This document shows, piece by piece, positions 40,014 through 50,337 of a DNA stretch of 64,000 nt. Origin of the DNA: Cyanobacteriota bacterium (GTDB lineage: Bacteria > Cyanobacteriota > Cyanobacteriia > PCC-6307 > Cyanobiaceae); the NCBI GenBank assembly GCA_046052125.1, contig JBJOMY010000005.1, positions 1 to 64,000 on the forward strand, read 5' to 3'. Under the pieces are notes generated by a model. It was not told the DNA's origin. It saw only the letters and a list, made by a program, of their open reading frames with translations, and searched no databases. Numbering within the stretch: position 1 is the first letter of the stretch; each line of letters starts with the position of its first letter. A program made the translations under genes and the position numbers.

Positions 40014-41146
40014 CAGAGCTGCACCTCCAGCTCCGCCCGGTTGTTGGCCTGAAGCGCCTCAGCTTCAAGGATTTGGAGCTCAGGATCAGCGATCACCTCG
40101 ATGCGATGCGCTCCTTGAGGCAAATCCAGCGGCACGCTGAACTGCTCGCTTGCTCCAGCGGCCAGCCAGGGCAGGCGCAGATAGCGATGGCCGGAGTAGC
40201 GATCGTTCACCACAACAGCAACCCCCACAGCGCTCACATCCATCGCACCGCGATTCACCACGCTGAAGCAGGCGGCACCGGCCTCAAAGCGCAGCTGCTC
40301 CACAGCGAGATCACTCACCAGCGTGTGCAGCTGCTGCAGCGGGTAGAGCACCAGCCGCTTCACAGCCCGCAGGCGGCTGCCGGGGTGCTCATGGTGCAGA
40401 TGACCGCCATAACGCAGATCCACACTGCAGCCATGGAGATGCAGGTGAGCACCCTCCGAGGGAATCGTCACCCGTCCGGTGGTGGGATCGGTATCGAAAA
40501 AGCCGCAGCACTCCCACTGGAGCGAGCGCCCCAGATAACGAATCGGATCGGCCGGATCACCTGGGTCGTGCTCCGCTAGCCGGTAGTGCTGCAGCAGCTG
40601 ATAGATACTGCGGCTGGCCGTGCCATCGCTGGCCGAGCTACGGGCGATGACGGTATTGCGGCGCTGCTGCCCCATACAGAGCTTGGAGGCCACGGTGATC
40701 ACCAGCGAATGCCACTCGAGCTCGACCCTCAGGCCGTAGATCGGCGCCTCCACCAATCGCCCCTCACGGCGCAATCGAGTGATGGCCTCAGCCACCAGGT
40801 CCTGCAATGGGCTTCCGTCCACCTCCCCGAGCTCCGGGAGAGTCACCGGCACCTTCAGGCGGGAGGCATCACCGCTGAAGCACACATAGGGGAAGTGCGA
40901 ACTGCCATCCCCCGGCTGCAGGGCGCGGATACCGCCATCGCTGGCCTGGCATTTCCAGATGGTGGTGTTGCCGGCGTCGTTGGGCAGGAAGGTGAGCTCG
41001 CCGTTATCGATGCTGGTGGTGGTGCCTAAACCCAGCACATCCCCTTCCAGGGGAATGGCCTCGAGGGGGAGGTGTTCATGCACATCCCCCTGGATCAGAT
41101 CGCTCACCGTGTTGGCGATCCAGAGATCGCCGCGGTGATCAGGCAT
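40013..41146 (-). CDS. Acetolactate decarboxylase-like metalloprotein fused to a C-terminal CARDB (Ig-like) domain
   Basis: [20 protein letters not shown] and [17 protein letters not shown] resemble ALDC motifs; SDLAV...VVNRG...LAAGAS...ADPELQILE...NN resembles CARDB; ATG 41146 overlaps the gyrA stop. Confidence 0.6.
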   Translation of the reverse strand: MPDHRGDLWIANTVSDLIQGDVHEHLPLEAIPLEGDVLGLGTTTSIDNGELTFLPNDAGNTTIWKCQASDGGIRALQPGDGSSHFPYVCFSGDASRLKVPVTLPELGEVDGSPLQDLVAEAITRLRREGRLVEAPIYGLRVELEWHSLVITVASKLCMGQQRRNTVIARSSASDGTASRSIYQLLQHYRLAEHDPGDPADPIRYLGRSLQWECCGFFDTDPTTGRVTIPSEGAHLHLHGCSVDLRYGGHLHHEHPGSRLRAVKRLVLYPLQQLHTLVSDLAVEQLRFEAGAACFSVVNRGAMDVSAVGVAVVVNDRYSGHRYLRLPWLAAGASEQFSVPLDLPQGAHRIEVIADPELQILEAEALQANNRAELEVQL

Positions 41147-43772
41147 CAGCAGCAGCCGTGTCGTCGGCCGCATCAGCCACTGGAGCGTCGTCGTCCTCCT
41201 GGGCCGGCGGCACCAGCACCACTTCCGAGAGGCGATCGCCGCTGTCGAGGCGCTGCAGCCGCACACCGGTGGCCGCACGCGACTGCTGCGGCACCGCATC
41301 GGCCTGCATGCGCACGATCACCCCGCGCTCACTCACCAGCAGCAGTTCCTCGCCGGCGCCGAGCACCTTCAGACCCACGAGCACATCACCATCGCGCCTG
41401 AACTTCATGCAGCGCAGGCCCATGCCCGCCCGCTTCTGGATGCGGAACTGATCCACCGGCACCCGCTTGCCCAGACCACTGGCTGAAGCCACCAGCACCC
41501 AGGGCCCTTCGCTGGGGGCCACCTCTTCGGTGTCCTCATCGTCAGCAGCGGTGCTGCTGCTCTCCACGCGATCGGCCAGCTCGACCGGCAGCACATCCAT
41601 ACTCACCAGCTGGTCGCCGGGGCGCAGGTTCATGGCGCGCACGCCACGGGCCGTGCGGCCTAGGGGCCGCAGCTCCTCATCACTGAGGCGGAAGTGGATC
41701 GTCATCCCGTTGCGGGAGCCGATCAGCAAGCTGTCGCCAGGTTGGGCGAGACGCACCCAGGTGAGCGCATCACCTTCCTCCAAAGAGATGGCGATCAAGC
41801 CATTGGAGCGGATGTTGCTGAAGGCTGAGAGGCGAGTGCGTTTGATGTAGCCGCCGCTGGTGAGCATCACCAGCACCGCGTCTTCCGCAAACTCACTCAC
41901 CGCCAGCAGTGAGGTGATCTGCTCCTCGCGGGGAATCGGCAGCAACTGCACAATCGGCGTGCCCTTGGCCGTGCGGCTGCACTGCGGCACGCGATAAGCG
42001 GGCACGGTGTAGACCACACCGCGATCCGAGAAGAGCAGCAGTGAATCGTGGTCGTTGCAGCTGATGAACAGCCGCACGGCCTCTTCACCCTGGCTGCGCG
42101 TGCCGGCCTTGCCGCGGGTCCCGCGGCTGGTGGCCTCGAATTCGCTCACCGGCATCCGCTTCAGGTAGCCGTTTTCGGTGAGCAACACCACCGAGCGCTC
42201 GTTCGCGATCAGATCGATGTCTTCGAGGCCGCCTTCCACATCGAGGATCTCGGTGCGGCGCGGCGAGTTATAGCGGGAGCGCAGCACCCCCAGCTCCTCG
42301 GTAATCAGTCCGAACACCCGTTCCTTGCGGGCCAGGATGTCCTGGTAGTCGGTGATCTTGGCGAGCAGATCCTCGTGCTCCAGCCGGATCTTGTCGGCTT
42401 CTAGAGCCGTGAGGCGGCGCAGCTGCATCTGCAAGATCGCGTCGGCCTGAATGTCACTGAGGCCGAAGCGATCCATCAGCTCGGTGCGAGCCGTGGCGGT
42501 ATCGGCAGCGGCGCGGATCAGGGTGATGATCGCGTCGAGATTATCGAGAGCGATCAGCAGGCCGAGCAGGATGTGATCGCGCTCTTCGGCCTTGCGAAGC
42601 AGGTAGCGGGTGCGGCGCTCGATCGTCTCGACGCGGAAGTCGAGGAACACCACGAGCATCTTGCGCAGGGTGAGCAGCACCGGCTCGCCCTTCACCAGCG
42701 CGAGCATGTAGGCGCTGAAGTTGCTCTGCAGCGGGGTGAGCTTGAACAGGTTGTTCAACACCACCTGCGGGTAGGCATCACGCCGCAGCTCGATCACGAT
42801 GCGCATGCCATCGCGATCGGACTCGTCGCGGATGTCGGCGATGCCCTCGAGCTTTTTGTCGTTCACCAGTTCGGCGATGCGCTCGATCAGCGCTGCCTTG
42901 TTGGTCTGATAAGGCAACTCGGTGATGATCACCGCGTCGCGATCCGGCCGACCTTTTGCTTCGATCGTTTCAATCGAAGCAACGCCGCGCATGGTTACCG
43001 AGCCGCGGCCGGTGGCATACATCTCGCGGATGCCACTGCGGCCCAGGATCTGACCGCCGGTGGGGAAATCAGGGCCCGGGATCAGTCGCAGAAGCTCTCG
43101 GTCTTCAAGCTCTGGGTTCTCGATCAGAGCGAGCAAACCATCGATCAGCTCGGTGAGGTTGTGGGGCGGGATGTTGGTCGCCATCCCCACGGCAATGCCG
43201 GTGGAGCCATTGAGCAGCAGCTGCGGGATGCGCGACGGCATCACCGTGGGCTCCTGCTGCGAGCCGTCGAAGTTGTCGATGAAATCGACGGTTTCGCACT
43301 CGATGTCTTCGAGCAGGCTGTCGGTGGTGAGCGCCTGCAACCGCGATTCGGTGTATCGCATGGCGGCCGGCGGATCGTTATCCACCGAGCCGAAGTTGCC
43401 GTGGCCGTCGATCAACGGCAGGCGCATGGAAAAGTCCTGCGCCATCCGCACCAGCGCGTCGTAGACCGCCGTATCGCCGTGAGGGTGGTACTTACCCAGC
43501 ACCTCACCCACCACACGGGCGCATTTGCGGTAGGGGCGATCGCTGGTGAGGCCCAGCTCGTACATCGCGTAGAGGATGCGCCGATGCACCGGCTTCAGGC
43601 CATCGCGGGCATCGGGCAGGGCCCGACCCACGATCACGCTCATCGCGTACTCCAGGTAGGAGCGCGACATCTCGTTGCGCAGATCCGCCTGGATGATGCG
43701 CCCGTCTGATCCAGAAGGCCCCTCCGGACCGCCCCCGGAACTCATCTCGCCGGGTTCGGTTGGATCCGCCAT
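41139..43772 (-). CDS. gyrA: DNA gyrase subunit A
   Basis: [29 protein letters not shown], GyrA-box variant SRGTRG, C-terminal pinwheel repeats. Confidence 0.96.
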   Translation of the reverse strand: MADPTEPGEMSSGGGPEGPSGSDGRIIQADLRNEMSRSYLEYAMSVIVGRALPDARDGLKPVHRRILYAMYELGLTSDRPYRKCARVVGEVLGKYHPHGDTAVYDALVRMAQDFSMRLPLIDGHGNFGSVDNDPPAAMRYTESRLQALTTDSLLEDIECETVDFIDNFDGSQQEPTVMPSRIPQLLLNGSTGIAVGMATNIPPHNLTELIDGLLALIENPELEDRELLRLIPGPDFPTGGQILGRSGIREMYATGRGSVTMRGVASIETIEAKGRPDRDAVIITELPYQTNKAALIERIAELVNDKKLEGIADIRDESDRDGMRIVIELRRDAYPQVVLNNLFKLTPLQSNFSAYMLALVKGEPVLLTLRKMLVVFLDFRVETIERRTRYLLRKAEERDHILLGLLIALDNLDAIITLIRAAADTATARTELMDRFGLSDIQADAILQMQLRRLTALEADKIRLEHEDLLAKITDYQDILARKERVFGLITEELGVLRSRYNSPRRTEILDVEGGLEDIDLIANERSVVLLTENGYLKRMPVSEFEATSRGTRGKAGTRSQGEEAVRLFISCNDHDSLLLFSDRGVVYTVPAYRVPQCSRTAKGTPIVQLLPIPREEQITSLLAVSEFAEDAVLVMLTSGGYIKRTRLSAFSNIRSNGLIAISLEEGDALTWVRLAQPGDSLLIGSRNGMTIHFRLSDEELRPLGRTARGVRAMNLRPGDQLVSMDVLPVELADRVESSSTAADDEDTEEVAPSEGPWVLVASASGLGKRVPVDQFRIQKRAGMGLRCMKFRRDGDVLVGLKVLGAGEELLLVSERGVIVRMQADAVPQQSRAATGVRLQRLDSGDRLSEVVLVPPAQEDDDAPVADAADDTAAADA

Positions 43773-43817
43773 TCGACAGGACTTTGATTAGAACGCATTT
43801 TATCGGTTGTTGCGCCT

Positions 43818-44960
43818 GTGTCTGCCCCCAGCGCCAGCGCGCCCGCCAGAACCGAACTGGAGCTGCAGGCGCTGCAGCGCAGCGGTGATCTGCAGGTGTG
43901 CACCGCGGCGGAGTTTCGCCAGCGGGTGCAGGAGCTCGGGCTCGATCAGGCCTATGCCCGCACCCACGTGGTGGTGGCGAGCGATGCGGGCTTCACGGCC
44001 CAGGCCTCGGTGGTGCTGCACCTGGGGCCCAGTGATCCGCCGATGCGCATTGAACGCTGGCGGCTGGGGCCGGCCGAGGCCTGGGGAGGCCACGGCAATA
44101 CGGATCTGCTGCTGCCGCTCCAGCAAGGCGGCGCCCAGGCATTGGCGCAACTGCTGCAAGGGCAGCGTCTTCCCTTCAACGCCAGCGGCCTGGCCAGCGC
44201 GCAGCAACCGCGCCAGGAGCTGGAAACCCAGCTGTCCCTGGAGCAGATCGGAGCGGGTCAGCTGCTGTTGCACCGCGGCATTAGCGAAAACGGTGTGGTG
44301 GCGGTGAGCAGCCGCGACGGCCTCACCCCCACCCCCTGGGGCCCGGTGCTTGGCCCACTCGGCAGCGGCCTGTTCAGCTGCGGCGGGGCCGGCAGCATCG
44401 GCCTCACCATGCCGGGCCTGCACAGCCTCGGGCCGGGCTCTCCCGTGCTCGTGGCCGGTGCCCTGGGTTGGGTGAGCGGCGCCGGCGCCGGCCACAACCC
44501 TCAGGTGCGCCGCCAGGCCAGCGGCCATGCCCTGAGCCCTGGAGCCAGCTGCGCTCTGGCCGTGGATCTGCACGGGTTGCAGCCACGCTGGATCCGCGCC
44601 TGTGAGCACCGGCAGGAGGGGAGCGGTCTTCTGGTGGCGGTGGCAGCGCCCGTGCCGCTCCTCAACAAGGCCATGGCACGCCAGGCCTGCTGCGACAACG
44701 ATCAGCTGCAGGCACCTGTGCTCGATTACGGCATTCCCCGACGGGTCAAACCGAGCCTGGCCTCGGCGAGCTACAGCCAGCTGCTCAGCGGTGAGCTGCA
44801 GCTGGGCGAGCAGCGGATCCGCTGCGCACCGGCCCACAGTCCACGGCTGGCAGCAGAGATCGCCGAAGCGCTGTGCGAGCAGCTGCGGGCAGGCAGCTTT
44901 CCCTTGCGGCTGCCACTGCAGGCCCTGCCGCAACGCCCAGCACTCCTGCCACTGGAGTGA
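43818..44960 (+). CDS. DUF39 / homocysteine biosynthesis-like protein
   Basis: VCTAAEF, GPSDPPMRI, GPGSPVLVAGALGWV..G..HNP, APVLDYGIPRRVKP, SYSQLLSG. Confidence 0.7.
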   Translation: MSAPSASAPARTELELQALQRSGDLQVCTAAEFRQRVQELGLDQAYARTHVVVASDAGFTAQASVVLHLGPSDPPMRIERWRLGPAEAWGGHGNTDLLLPLQQGGAQALAQLLQGQRLPFNASGLASAQQPRQELETQLSLEQIGAGQLLLHRGISENGVVAVSSRDGLTPTPWGPVLGPLGSGLFSCGGAGSIGLTMPGLHSLGPGSPVLVAGALGWVSGAGAGHNPQVRRQASGHALSPGASCALAVDLHGLQPRWIRACEHRQEGSGLLVAVAAPVPLLNKAMARQACCDNDQLQAPVLDYGIPRRVKPSLASASYSQLLSGELQLGEQRIRCAPAHSPRLAAEIAEALCEQLRAGSFPLRLPLQALPQRPALLPLE

Positions 44961-45014
44961 ACAGCGCTGAAAAACGGCCGTAAGCTCCCCAGCTGATGAA
45001 ACTGCTCCAGACCC

Positions 45015-45629
45015 ATGGCTGACGCTCCTGCCCCGACGCCGGACAACGAGCAGCAGCCTGAGGTCCTCGAGCTGGGTGCCGAGACCGCTCCGACTGCCGC
45101 AACGGCCGCTGACCCTGCCCCAACAGCCGCCGCGCCTGCAGAGGCACCAGCACCCGAGCGCGAGCCCGAGCCCGAGCCGGAGCCTGCGGCACCGGAACCC
45201 CCGAGCGCAACGGTGGCCGAGGTTCCCGCTCCTGTCGTGATCGACACCCCCACCGTGGCCAGCACCATCGAGGTGCCGGCAAAAGCGCCAGTGAACCCAA
45301 CACCGACTGAAGAGGGTGGCGAGTGGGATCTGCTGGTGCAGAAACTACGCAACTGGATCGCCAGTGGCCAGCTGCAGCAGCAATGGCAGGCCGCGCGCAC
45401 ACCCCTGAGCCTGCTGGCAGGGCTGATCGCCGTGCTGCTGGTGCTGCGGGTGTATTCGGCTGTGCTGGGGGTGCTCGACAGCATCCCGCTTCTGTCCGGC
45501 CTCCTGGAGCTGGCAGGACTAGTGGCGGTGATTCAGTTCAGCCTCACACGCCTGGTGCGCAGCGAGGATCGCCGTGAAGTGATCGGCGGCTTGAGGCAGC
45601 GCTGGAAGAGCTTCCGGGGCCGCAGCTGA
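45015..45629 (+). CDS. CAAD (CURT1-like) membrane protein with acidic Pro/Ala-rich N-terminus
   Basis: LDSIPLLSGLLELAGL, RLVRSEDRREV; EPEPEPEP tract. Confidence 0.85.
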   Translation: MADAPAPTPDNEQQPEVLELGAETAPTAATAADPAPTAAAPAEAPAPEREPEPEPEPAAPEPPSATVAEVPAPVVIDTPTVASTIEVPAKAPVNPTPTEEGGEWDLLVQKLRNWIASGQLQQQWQAARTPLSLLAGLIAVLLVLRVYSAVLGVLDSIPLLSGLLELAGLVAVIQFSLTRLVRSEDRREVIGGLRQRWKSFRGRS

Positions 45630-45694
45630 GCAGCTCTTGCGGACCTTGGCATCGGGCCGGTTGATAGCTTGGCCCGATTGCATCAAGGTCCCTG

Positions 45695-46858
45695 GTGGAG
45701 ATTCAGCTCGGTCGTTCCCGCACTGTTCGCCGCGCCTACGGCATCGATGAAATCGCCCTGGTGCCGGGTGGTCGCACCGTGGATCCCGCGGTCACCGACA
45801 GCAGCTGGACCCTGGGCGGTGTGACCCGCGAGATCCCGATCATCGCCAGCGCCATGGACGGCGTGGTGGATGTGGGCATGTGCGTGGAGCTCACCAAGCA
45901 GGGCGCCCTGGGGGTGCTCAACCTCGAAGGTGTGCAGTGCCGCTACGACGACCCCAACCCCGCCCTCGACCGCATTGCCGCGGTGGGCAAAGAGGAGTTC
46001 GTGCCGCTGATGCAGGAGCTCTACAGCCAGCCGGTGCGCGAAGACCTCATCCGCAAGCGCATCGCTGAAATCAAAGAGCGCGGCGGCATCGCAGCGGTGA
46101 GCGCCACCCCCGTGGCCGCTCTGAAGTTCGGCAAGGCAATCGCCGAGGCCGGCGCCGATCTGTTCTTCGTGCAGGCCACCGTAGTGAGCACGGAGCACGT
46201 GGGGCCCGAAGGTCAGGAAAGCCTGGATCTCGAAGCGCTCTGCCGCGACTTCGGCGTGCCGGTGATCATCGGCAACTGCGTCACCTACGAGGTGGCCCTG
46301 AAGCTGATGCGCGCGGGTGCCGCCGGGGTGATGGTGGGCATCGGTCCTGGTGCCGCCTGCACCAGCCGCGGCGTGCTCGGCATCGGCATCCCCCAGGCCA
46401 CCTCCGTGGCCGACTGCGCTGCCGCCCGCGACGACTACATGAAGGAGAGCGGCCGTTACGTGCCGATCGTGGCCGACGGCGGAATCGTCACCGGCGGTGA
46501 CATCTGCAAGTGCTTGGCCTGCGGCGCCGATGCCGTGATGATCGGTTCGCCGATCGCCCGTGCCGCCGAGGCTCCCGGCCGTGGCTTCCACTGGGGCATG
46601 GCCACCCCGAGCCCCGTGCTGCCCCGCGGCACCCGCATCAAGGTGGGCACCACCGGCAGCCTCGAGAAGATCCTGCGCGGCCCGGCCTCTCTCGACGACG
46701 GCACCCAGAACCTGCTGGGCTGCATTCGCACCTCCATGGGCACCCTCGGGGCGCGCACCCTCAAAGAGATGCAGCAGGTGGAAGTGGTGGTGGCACCGTC
46801 CCTACTCACCGAAGGCAAGGTGTACCAGAAGGCCCAGCAGTTGGGCATGGGCAAATAA
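45695..46858 (+). CDS. guaB: GuaB3-type IMP dehydrogenase family protein
   Basis: RRAYGIDEIALVP, VGIGPGAACTSR, ADGG, WGMATP. Confidence 0.93.
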   Translation: MEIQLGRSRTVRRAYGIDEIALVPGGRTVDPAVTDSSWTLGGVTREIPIIASAMDGVVDVGMCVELTKQGALGVLNLEGVQCRYDDPNPALDRIAAVGKEEFVPLMQELYSQPVREDLIRKRIAEIKERGGIAAVSATPVAALKFGKAIAEAGADLFFVQATVVSTEHVGPEGQESLDLEALCRDFGVPVIIGNCVTYEVALKLMRAGAAGVMVGIGPGAACTSRGVLGIGIPQATSVADCAAARDDYMKESGRYVPIVADGGIVTGGDICKCLACGADAVMIGSPIARAAEAPGRGFHWGMATPSPVLPRGTRIKVGTTGSLEKILRGPASLDDGTQNLLGCIRTSMGTLGARTLKEMQQVEVVVAPSLLTEGKVYQKAQQLGMGK

Positions 46859-46902
46859 CCCTGCATCACTGACCCCGCAGACAGCGGCGTTACCCTCATC
46901 AC

Positions 46903-46962
46903 GTGCGGGCTTCGGCCCACACACTCCTCACACCCCCCGGCCCGGCGCGTCTGGGCCTTCTG
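46903..46962 (+). ncRNA. yfr1: Yfr1 small RNA
   Basis: Conserved ACTCCTCACAC (46923-46933) between a GGGC-TTCG-GCCC hairpin and a GGCCC...GGGCC hairpin; located in the guaB-trxA spacer as known for Yfr1. Confidence 0.92.
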
Positions 46963-46982
46963 TCTTGTTCAGGCCCTGGTGA

Positions 46983-47035
46983 GGCCTGGTTTCAGCCCTG
47001 CCGGTAACGACTTCCAGCAGGGCTGAAACCAGGCC
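46983..47035. repeat. Perfect 19-bp inverted repeat upstream of trxA
   Basis: GGCCTGGTTTCAGCCCTGC-N15-GCAGGGCTGAAACCAGGCC. Confidence 0.9.
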
Positions 47036-47077
47036 GGAAACCATTGCTAGATTCCCAAAACACTGACCCAACCACGG

Positions 47078-47401
47078 ATGTCCAGCGCCGCAGCCGTCAC
47101 CGACGCATCCTTCGAGCAGGACGTGCTCAAGAGCGATGTGCCTGTGCTGGTGGATTTCTGGGCCCCCTGGTGTGGCCCCTGCCGCATGGTGGCCCCGATC
47201 GTTGACGAAATCGCCAAGGAATTCGAGGGCAAGATCAAGGTGTTCAAGCTGAACACCGACGAAAACCCCAACGTGGCCAGCCAGTACGGCATCCGCAGCA
47301 TCCCGACCCTGATGGTGTTCAAAGACGGTCAGAAAGTGGACACCGTGGTGGGTGCAGTGCCCAAGACCACCCTCTCCGGCACCATTTCCAAATACCTCTG
47401 A
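47078..47401 (+). CDS. trxA: Thioredoxin (m-type)
   Basis: [20 protein letters not shown]. Confidence 0.98.
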   Translation: MSSAAAVTDASFEQDVLKSDVPVLVDFWAPWCGPCRMVAPIVDEIAKEFEGKIKVFKLNTDENPNVASQYGIRSIPTLMVFKDGQKVDTVVGAVPKTTLSGTISKYL

Positions 47402-47438
47402 TCAGGCGGAGGGCGTGATCCACGCCCGGATAGCCTCG

Positions 47439-47465
47439 AAGCCCGGCCATGAGCCGGGTTTTTTC
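47439..47465 (+). terminator. Intrinsic terminator after trxA
   Basis: AAGCCCGGC-CATGA-GCCGGGTTTTTT; a further hairpin GGGCGTG-ATC-CACGCCC lies at 47411-47427. Confidence 0.8.
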
Positions 47466-47509
47466 ATGCCGCCTTCCCAGCCCACGTCCCCCGATCGCCC
47501 CTTCGGTTG

Positions 47510-48562
47510 ATGGAGCAGAGCCCTCTTCAGGCCCTCGATCAGGAACTGCAACACCACCCTCAGCGGCGGGCGATCGAGCGCAGCATCGTGAGCCTGCTGG
47601 AGATTGCCAAGGGCAGCAGCGATGCCGATGAATGGCGGCTGATCAATGGAGCCCTGGCCGATATCCGCGACGGCCTCAGCGTGTTCGCTCCGCACCGTCA
47701 GACCCGCAAGGTGACGGTGTTCGGCTCCGCCAGAACCAGGGCCGATGAACCCGCCTACAAGCTCGCCCAGGAGCTCGCGGTGGAGGCTGTTGAGCGTGGC
47801 TTTGAGGTGATGACCGGCGCCGGCGGGGGAATCATGGAGGCCGCCAATAGCGGCGCCGGCTGCGAGAACAGCATCGGGCTGAATGTGGATCTGCCGTTTG
47901 AGCAGCACGCCAATCGCTTCGTGAATGCCTGCGATGGACGCTTACTCCACTTCCGCTATTTCTTCACGCGCAAACTCTTCTTTCTGCGTGAGAGCGATGC
48001 CCTGGTGGTGATGCCGGGCGGCTTCGGCACCTTCGATGAGCTGTTCGAGTCGCTCACCCTGATCCAAACCGGCCGCACGCCGCCGATCCCGCTGGTGATG
48101 CTTGCCCCGAGCGGCGATCACTTCTGGCCCGATTGGCTGCAGGACATCCAACAGGACCTCGCCAGCCGCGGCCTGATCTCTCCAGAAGACACCTGCCTGC
48201 TCAAGCAAGCAAGCACGGCCGAGGAGGCCATGCAGCACATCTGCCACTTCTACCGGGTGTTTCACACCGCCCAGTTCGCGGAAGACCGCATGGAACTGCT
48301 GCTGCACAGCGCAATCAGCGCCGACACCCTGGCCATCCTCAACCGCGAGTTCGACGAACTGGTGGATGAAGGCAGCATCAGCCAGGGGGAGAGCTGCGAT
48401 AGCAACGGCATCCTGCGTCCGTGCCTGCGCTTTCACCTCGATCGGCGCCGGGTGGGGCAGCTGTATCAGCTGATCGATCGGCTCAACGACCTGCCCTTGG
48501 AGGTGGCTCCGGCGATCGAGCAACCTGGCCAAAGGATCCGCAGCACCATCGCCCGCCCATGA
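47510..48562 (+). CDS. LOG family nucleotide phosphoribohydrolase-like protein
   Basis: VFGSAR, TGAGGGIMEAAN, YFFTRKLFF, PGGFGTFDE. Confidence 0.9.
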   Translation: MEQSPLQALDQELQHHPQRRAIERSIVSLLEIAKGSSDADEWRLINGALADIRDGLSVFAPHRQTRKVTVFGSARTRADEPAYKLAQELAVEAVERGFEVMTGAGGGIMEAANSGAGCENSIGLNVDLPFEQHANRFVNACDGRLLHFRYFFTRKLFFLRESDALVVMPGGFGTFDELFESLTLIQTGRTPPIPLVMLAPSGDHFWPDWLQDIQQDLASRGLISPEDTCLLKQASTAEEAMQHICHFYRVFHTAQFAEDRMELLLHSAISADTLAILNREFDELVDEGSISQGESCDSNGILRPCLRFHLDRRRVGQLYQLIDRLNDLPLEVAPAIEQPGQRIRSTIARP

Positions 48563-49185
48563 CACGCATCGGCCTGATCGATTACGGCATGGGCAATCTG
48601 CACTCCGTGCAGCGGGCCTTCGAGCGACTGGGCTGCAGCATCCAGGCGGTTAGCAGCGCCAGCGCGATGGAGGGCTGCGATGCCTTGGTGCTGCCTGGGG
48701 TAGGGGCGTTTGATCCAGCCATGGAGCGCCTGCACAGCTCTGGCTTGGTGCCGGCCCTGCGCCAGTGGTGCGGCGCTGATCGGCCGCTGCTGGGAATCTG
48801 CCTAGGCCTGCAACTGCTGTTTGAAGGCAGCGATGAGGGCGAACGCGAAGGGCTGGGCCTTCTGGCTGGCCATGTGGCGGCGCTACCGCGCCAGAGCGGC
48901 CACCCCGTTCCCCACATGGGCTGGGAGCCGCTGCAAGCGAAGACCCCCAGCCCGCTGCTGCCCGCCGATGGCAAACCGGAATGGATGTACTTCGTGCATT
49001 CCTATGCCGCCGTCCCGAGCGACCCCGCCTGCACCACCGCGGCGGTGAGCTTCGGAGCGCACAGCCTCACCGCCGCGGTCTGGCAGGGCCGAATCGGAGC
49101 CTGTCAGTTCCACCCGGAAAAATCAGGTCTGAGCGGTGAGGCAATGCTGCGCCGCTGGCTGCACTGGGTTGAGCAACAGGCATGA
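48559..49185 (+). CDS. hisH: Imidazole glycerol phosphate synthase glutaminase subunit
   Basis: DYGMGNL, LPGVGAF, GICLGLQ, YFVHSY, QFHPEKS. Confidence 0.97.
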   Translation: MTRIGLIDYGMGNLHSVQRAFERLGCSIQAVSSASAMEGCDALVLPGVGAFDPAMERLHSSGLVPALRQWCGADRPLLGICLGLQLLFEGSDEGEREGLGLLAGHVAALPRQSGHPVPHMGWEPLQAKTPSPLLPADGKPEWMYFVHSYAAVPSDPACTTAAVSFGAHSLTAAVWQGRIGACQFHPEKSGLSGEAMLRRWLHWVEQQA

Positions 49186-49751
49186 GCCTGCGCCTCAGCG
49201 GCGGCCGCCGGCTGCACAGTCCGCCTGGAGAGATCGCCAGGCCCACCCCATCAAGGGTGCGGCTGGCGGTGATGAACATGCTGGCCGCTGAGCTGCCAGG
49301 CTGCCGCTGGCTCGATTTGTTCTGCGGCAGCGGCGTGATGGGCTGCGAAGCCCTGCAGCGCGGTGCTGCAGCCGTGGTGGCCGTGGATCAGCAGCGCTCG
49401 ATGGCTGCCACCAGTCGCACCAACCTTGAGCTCTCAAGCTCCGGTTCGATCAACACGCCATCGATTGAGGTGGTGTGCCAGGAGGTGTTGGGCTGGCTGG
49501 GGCGCGGGCGACCAGCCAACCAGGAGCCCTTTCACGTGATTTATGCCGACCCTCCCTACTCGGCCGGGCTCTACGGGCCCGTGGCTGCAGCGGTGAAGCG
49601 GGGAAACTGGATCGACCCACAGGGATCGATGCTGCTGGAATGCAGCTCCTCAGCCTTGCCTGATCTCCAGAACGAGGCGTTTGAAGGCTGGGAGCTGCTG
49701 AAGCAGAAGCGTTACGGAAGCAGCACCGTGCTGGTGCTGGCGCCGAGCTGA
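49182..49751 (+). CDS. rsmD: 16S rRNA m2G966 methyltransferase
   Basis: RPT..RVR, LDLFCGSG, DPPY. Confidence 0.92.
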   Translation: MSLRLSGGRRLHSPPGEIARPTPSRVRLAVMNMLAAELPGCRWLDLFCGSGVMGCEALQRGAAAVVAVDQQRSMAATSRTNLELSSSGSINTPSIEVVCQEVLGWLGRGRPANQEPFHVIYADPPYSAGLYGPVAAAVKRGNWIDPQGSMLLECSSSALPDLQNEAFEGWELLKQKRYGSSTVLVLAPS

Positions 49752-49756
49752 TGGGC

Positions 49757-49870
49757 TCAGCCCCCCAGAGCGCTGCCGCGGCGGTACTGGTTCCAGGCTG
49801 CAACAAAAAGGCCAGCCAGGGTCACGGGAATCAGACCGAGCACGATGCCGCAGAGCAGGGGTTCGATCAT
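49757..49870 (-). CDS. petG: Cytochrome b6f complex subunit V
   Basis: [32 protein letters not shown], 37 aa. Confidence 0.97.
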   Translation of the reverse strand: MIEPLLCGIVLGLIPVTLAGLFVAAWNQYRRGSALGG

Positions 49871-49944
49871 GGGGTGAAGCACCAGCGTTGGTTGCACAAT
49901 TCTTTCACGCCCCCAGCGCCCAGCGCGACCTGTTCGCACCATCT

Positions 49945-50337
49945 GTGATCGGACCCTCCATTCCTGAGAGCGACAACGACACCGCCACCAGCCGCGGGTT
50001 GATCCCTGCCCTGGTGCTGCTGGCCGCGGCCTGCGTCGCCGTGCTCGCGATCGTGGTGCTGCCGGCCGCCCGCAGCGACCCCTACACCCGCAGCACCCTG
50101 CAGCTCATGGGCTCCGCCGAGCGCGGTGAGCAGCTGTTTCTGATCAACTGCGCGGGCTGCCATGGGATCGCGGCCCAGGGGCTCGTGGGGCCGAACCTGC
50201 ACGGGGTGGACAGCCGCAAGAACAACCGCCAGTTGATTCAACAGGTGGTGAGTGGCCGCACGCCGCCCATGCCGCGCTTCCAGCCCGAGCCCCAGGCCAT
50301 GGCCGACCTGCTCACCTATCTGCACACGCTCACATGA
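49945..50337 (+). CDS. cytM: Cytochrome cM
   Basis: TM anchor, [34 protein letters not shown]; divergent from petG; start uncertain. Confidence 0.88.
   Translation: MIGPSIPESDNDTATSRGLIPALVLLAAACVAVLAIVVLPAARSDPYTRSTLQLMGSAERGEQLFLINCAGCHGIAAQGLVGPNLHGVDSRKNNRQLIQQVVSGRTPPMPRFQPEPQAMADLLTYLHTLT

Noticed and set aside
45153..45185. CCCGAG-type short tandem repeat
   Set aside because: Encodes the EPEPEP linker of the CAAD protein; not an array.
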